Part shown: piece by piece, positions 60,238 through 64,000 of the stretch
Numbering within the stretch: position 1 is the stretch's first letter
Layout of the letters: every line of letters begins with the position of its first letter
Source: Candidatus Eiseniibacteriota bacterium
Lineage (GTDB): Bacteria; Eisenbacteria; RBG-16-71-46; CAIMUX01; VGJL01
NCBI GenBank assembly: GCA_041946735.1
Contig: JBHGAY010000007.1
Location: 64,001-128,000, forward strand
DNA length: 64,000 nt
Reading direction: 5' to 3'
Made by a program: the position numbers and the translations under genes
Notes under the pieces: generated by a model
Databases searched by the model: none
Seen by the model: the letters and a program-made list of their open reading frames with translations, nothing else
Told to the model about the DNA's origin: nothing

Positions 60238-61031
60238 ACGCCCCTCCAACGGAGCAGATCGAGCGAGCGGAGGGTGAGGGCGAGGGCGAGGATCGTCCCG
60301 CCGAGGAAGAAGGCGACGTGGCGCAGGTCGATCACCCCCCGCGTGAAGTCCTCGAAGCGGGAGAGAACGGCGACGAACCCGAGAGCGCGCGCCATCGCGG
60401 GGCTCACCGCCTCGGCCACGCCGGGACCGAGGCCGAGGAGGAGGAATAGTCCGAGCGTCAAGACCCCCGCCTCGATCTGGCTCTGCGAGAGGGCCGAGAT
60501 GAGCAGGCCGAAGGCGGTCATGAAGCAGCCAAGCAGGACGAGGCCGACGAGTCCCGCGAAGGCCGCCGCCCAGTCGGGCCGGCTCACCGCGCCGAGGATC
60601 GCGGCATGGACCGGGACGATGGCGAGGAGCGAGAGCATCGACAGCACTCCCCCGCCGAACTTCCCGAGCGTCAACTCGACGCCCCGCACCGGGAGCGAGA
60701 AGAGCAGCTCGAGGCTTCCGCCCCGGCGCTCCTCGGCGAAACTCCGCATGGTGAGGAGCGGGACGAAGAAGAGCAGGACCGAGCCGAGGTTGAAGAGATA
60801 GGGGCGCACCACCCAGTCGCTCACGTGGAGCCCGGCCGGCATGCCCGGTCGCGAACCGGCGGTCTGCGCCAGAGTGATCGCCGCCTGCCGCGTGCGGATC
60901 AGGAGCCCGACGAAGACCAGGCCGGCGATGAGGCAGAAGACGGAGAGGACGGTCCACCCGATCGGCGAGGCGAAGAAGCTCCGGATCTCGCGGATCGCGA
61001 TGGCGCGCGCGCGCCGGTAGCTTTCCGTCAT
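60234..61031 (-). CDS. GldF-like ABC-2 permease
   Basis: REIRSFFASPIGW, PLLTMRSFAEERRGGSLELL, GKF, FTRGVIDL. Confidence 0.9.
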   Translation of the reverse strand: MTESYRRARAIAIREIRSFFASPIGWTVLSVFCLIAGLVFVGLLIRTRQAAITLAQTAGSRPGMPAGLHVSDWVVRPYLFNLGSVLLFFVPLLTMRSFAEERRGGSLELLFSLPVRGVELTLGKFGGGVLSMLSLLAIVPVHAAILGAVSRPDWAAAFAGLVGLVLLGCFMTAFGLLISALSQSQIEAGVLTLGLFLLLGLGPGVAEAVSPAMARALGFVAVLSRFEDFTRGVIDLRHVAFFLGGTILALALTLRSLDLLRWRGV

Positions 61032-61984
61032 TCCTCCTCCACCTCCCCGAGGGTCAAGCGGCGGAACACCTCCTCGAGCCCCACGCTTCCCGTCCGCCAC
61101 TCCAGAAGCGCGGCTCCCTGCGAAAGCATTCGCGCGAGCGCCTCCCGTCCCTGCGCGGCGTTCCAGGCCGCCTCCACGCGCCAGACGCCGGCCGCCTCCG
61201 GCTCGACGCGCGCCCGCGGGTCGCCGGGGTCCGGTCGCTCCGTCGAACGCAGGCGCGCAATCACCCGCCCCCCCTCGCCGCGGTCGGTGAGACGGTCGGG
61301 CCGGTCCATGGCCACGAGCTTGCCGCGATGGATGATCATCACACGGTCGCAGACCTCGATCGCCTCCGGAAGGATGTGGGTCGAAAGCAGGATCGCGTGG
61401 TCGCGCCCCAGGCGGCGGAGGAGGCCGCGGAATTCACGGATCTGGTTCGGGTCGAGGCCTGCGGTCGGCTCGTCGAGGACGAGCAGCTCCGGATCGCCGA
61501 GGAGCGCCTGCGCCAGCCCGACCCGCTGGCGGAATCCTCGCGAGAGCGAGCGGGTCGGACGGTCCCAGACGGCTTCCAGATCGAGCCGCGCGCGCGCGCG
61601 CTCGAGAGCGTCGGCGAGCGCCGCGCCGGCTAGCCCTTTGAGGCTGCCGAGAAACCGGAGGTAGGAGACGACCGGCATCTCGCCGTAGAGCGGCATCTGC
61701 TCGGGCATGTAGCCGAGGCGGGCGCGGGCTTGCGGACCTTCGCGCAGGACATCGAACCCGGAGAGCAGGACCTGGCCGCTCGTCGGAACGAGGCTGCCGA
61801 TCAGCATCCGCAGAGTCGTCGTCTTTCCCGCTCCGTTGGGACCGAGCAAGCCCACGACCTCTCCCCGCTCGACGCGGAAGGAGAGGTCGTCGACAGCGCG
61901 GATCGATCCGAAGTTCCTCGTGAGATTGCGCGCTTCGACGGGAGCGGCCGGGGCCGGCGCGGCGGAGTCGACCGTTCGGCTCAC
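61028..61984 (-). CDS. GldA-like ABC transporter ATP-binding protein
   Basis: GPNGAGKTT, LSRGFRQRVGLAQA, LVLDEPTAGLDPNQ, STHIL; GTG start estimated. Confidence 0.92.
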   Translation of the reverse strand: MSRTVDSAAPAPAAPVEARNLTRNFGSIRAVDDLSFRVERGEVVGLLGPNGAGKTTTLRMLIGSLVPTSGQVLLSGFDVLREGPQARARLGYMPEQMPLYGEMPVVSYLRFLGSLKGLAGAALADALERARARLDLEAVWDRPTRSLSRGFRQRVGLAQALLGDPELLVLDEPTAGLDPNQIREFRGLLRRLGRDHAILLSTHILPEAIEVCDRVMIIHRGKLVAMDRPDRLTDRGEGGRVIARLRSTERPDPGDPRARVEPEAAGVWRVEAAWNAAQGREALARMLSQGAALLEWRTGSVGLEEVFRRLTLGEVEEE

Positions 61985-62124
61985 GTCCGCGTCTCGAACG
62001 AGCACAAGCGCTTGCGGGTCATTCGCTCCCTTCCTAAACTCTACTTGTGTTTCAGGTCCGACCTTTCCGAGCCGATGTTTGTCTCGGGTCCCGTGCAGTC
62101 TAGAAGAGCCTTGTCGGGGGGGCA

Positions 62125-64000
<1,876 letters not shown>

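Noticed and set aside
57324..61984. Evidence of gliding motility
   Set aside because: GldAFG-like modules occur in many non-gliding bacteria; no gldK-N or spr genes in the window

Overview
GC-rich, gene-dense bacterial chromosomal segment with no CRISPR array, prophage or IS element visible. Gene content (PorV/PorQ-like barrel, Fn3/choice-of-anchor lipoprotein, PEGA protein, archaeal-type ProRS, PstS-like/TPR/ExbBDD/TonB cluster) suggests an FCB-group candidate-phylum diderm such as Eisenbacteria; this is inference only. Left part: tRNA-Arg(CCT), uvrC, xerD, an outer-membrane barrel, a SNF2 helicase with a YqhG-like partner, a TPR protein, an M16 peptidase, trxA, holA and lptE. Centre (about 14.4-44.4 kb, nearly all minus strand): an exosortase/PEP-CTERM and polysaccharide-export locus with a sigma-54 two-component system. 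Right part: Yip1, macro domain, AI-2E transporter, cvpA, a TonB-type motor operon, SAM hydrolase, cutA, a GldAFG-like ABC system, a LysM lytic transglycosylase and the 5' end of proS. The most striking observation is at the head of the exosortase locus: two tandem paralogous exported proteins share one domain but carry different C-terminal tails, a canonical PEP-CTERM and a short non-transmembrane PVAT..SWGAIKGLYR tail. This points to a second, uncharacterised C-terminal sorting signal. Also notable: a kinase-less PrsK-like sensor, a CapD fused to an apparently inactive phosphoglycosyl-transferase domain, and a candidate sigma-54-driven sRNA. All protein calls come from motif recognition by eye; no database searches were run.
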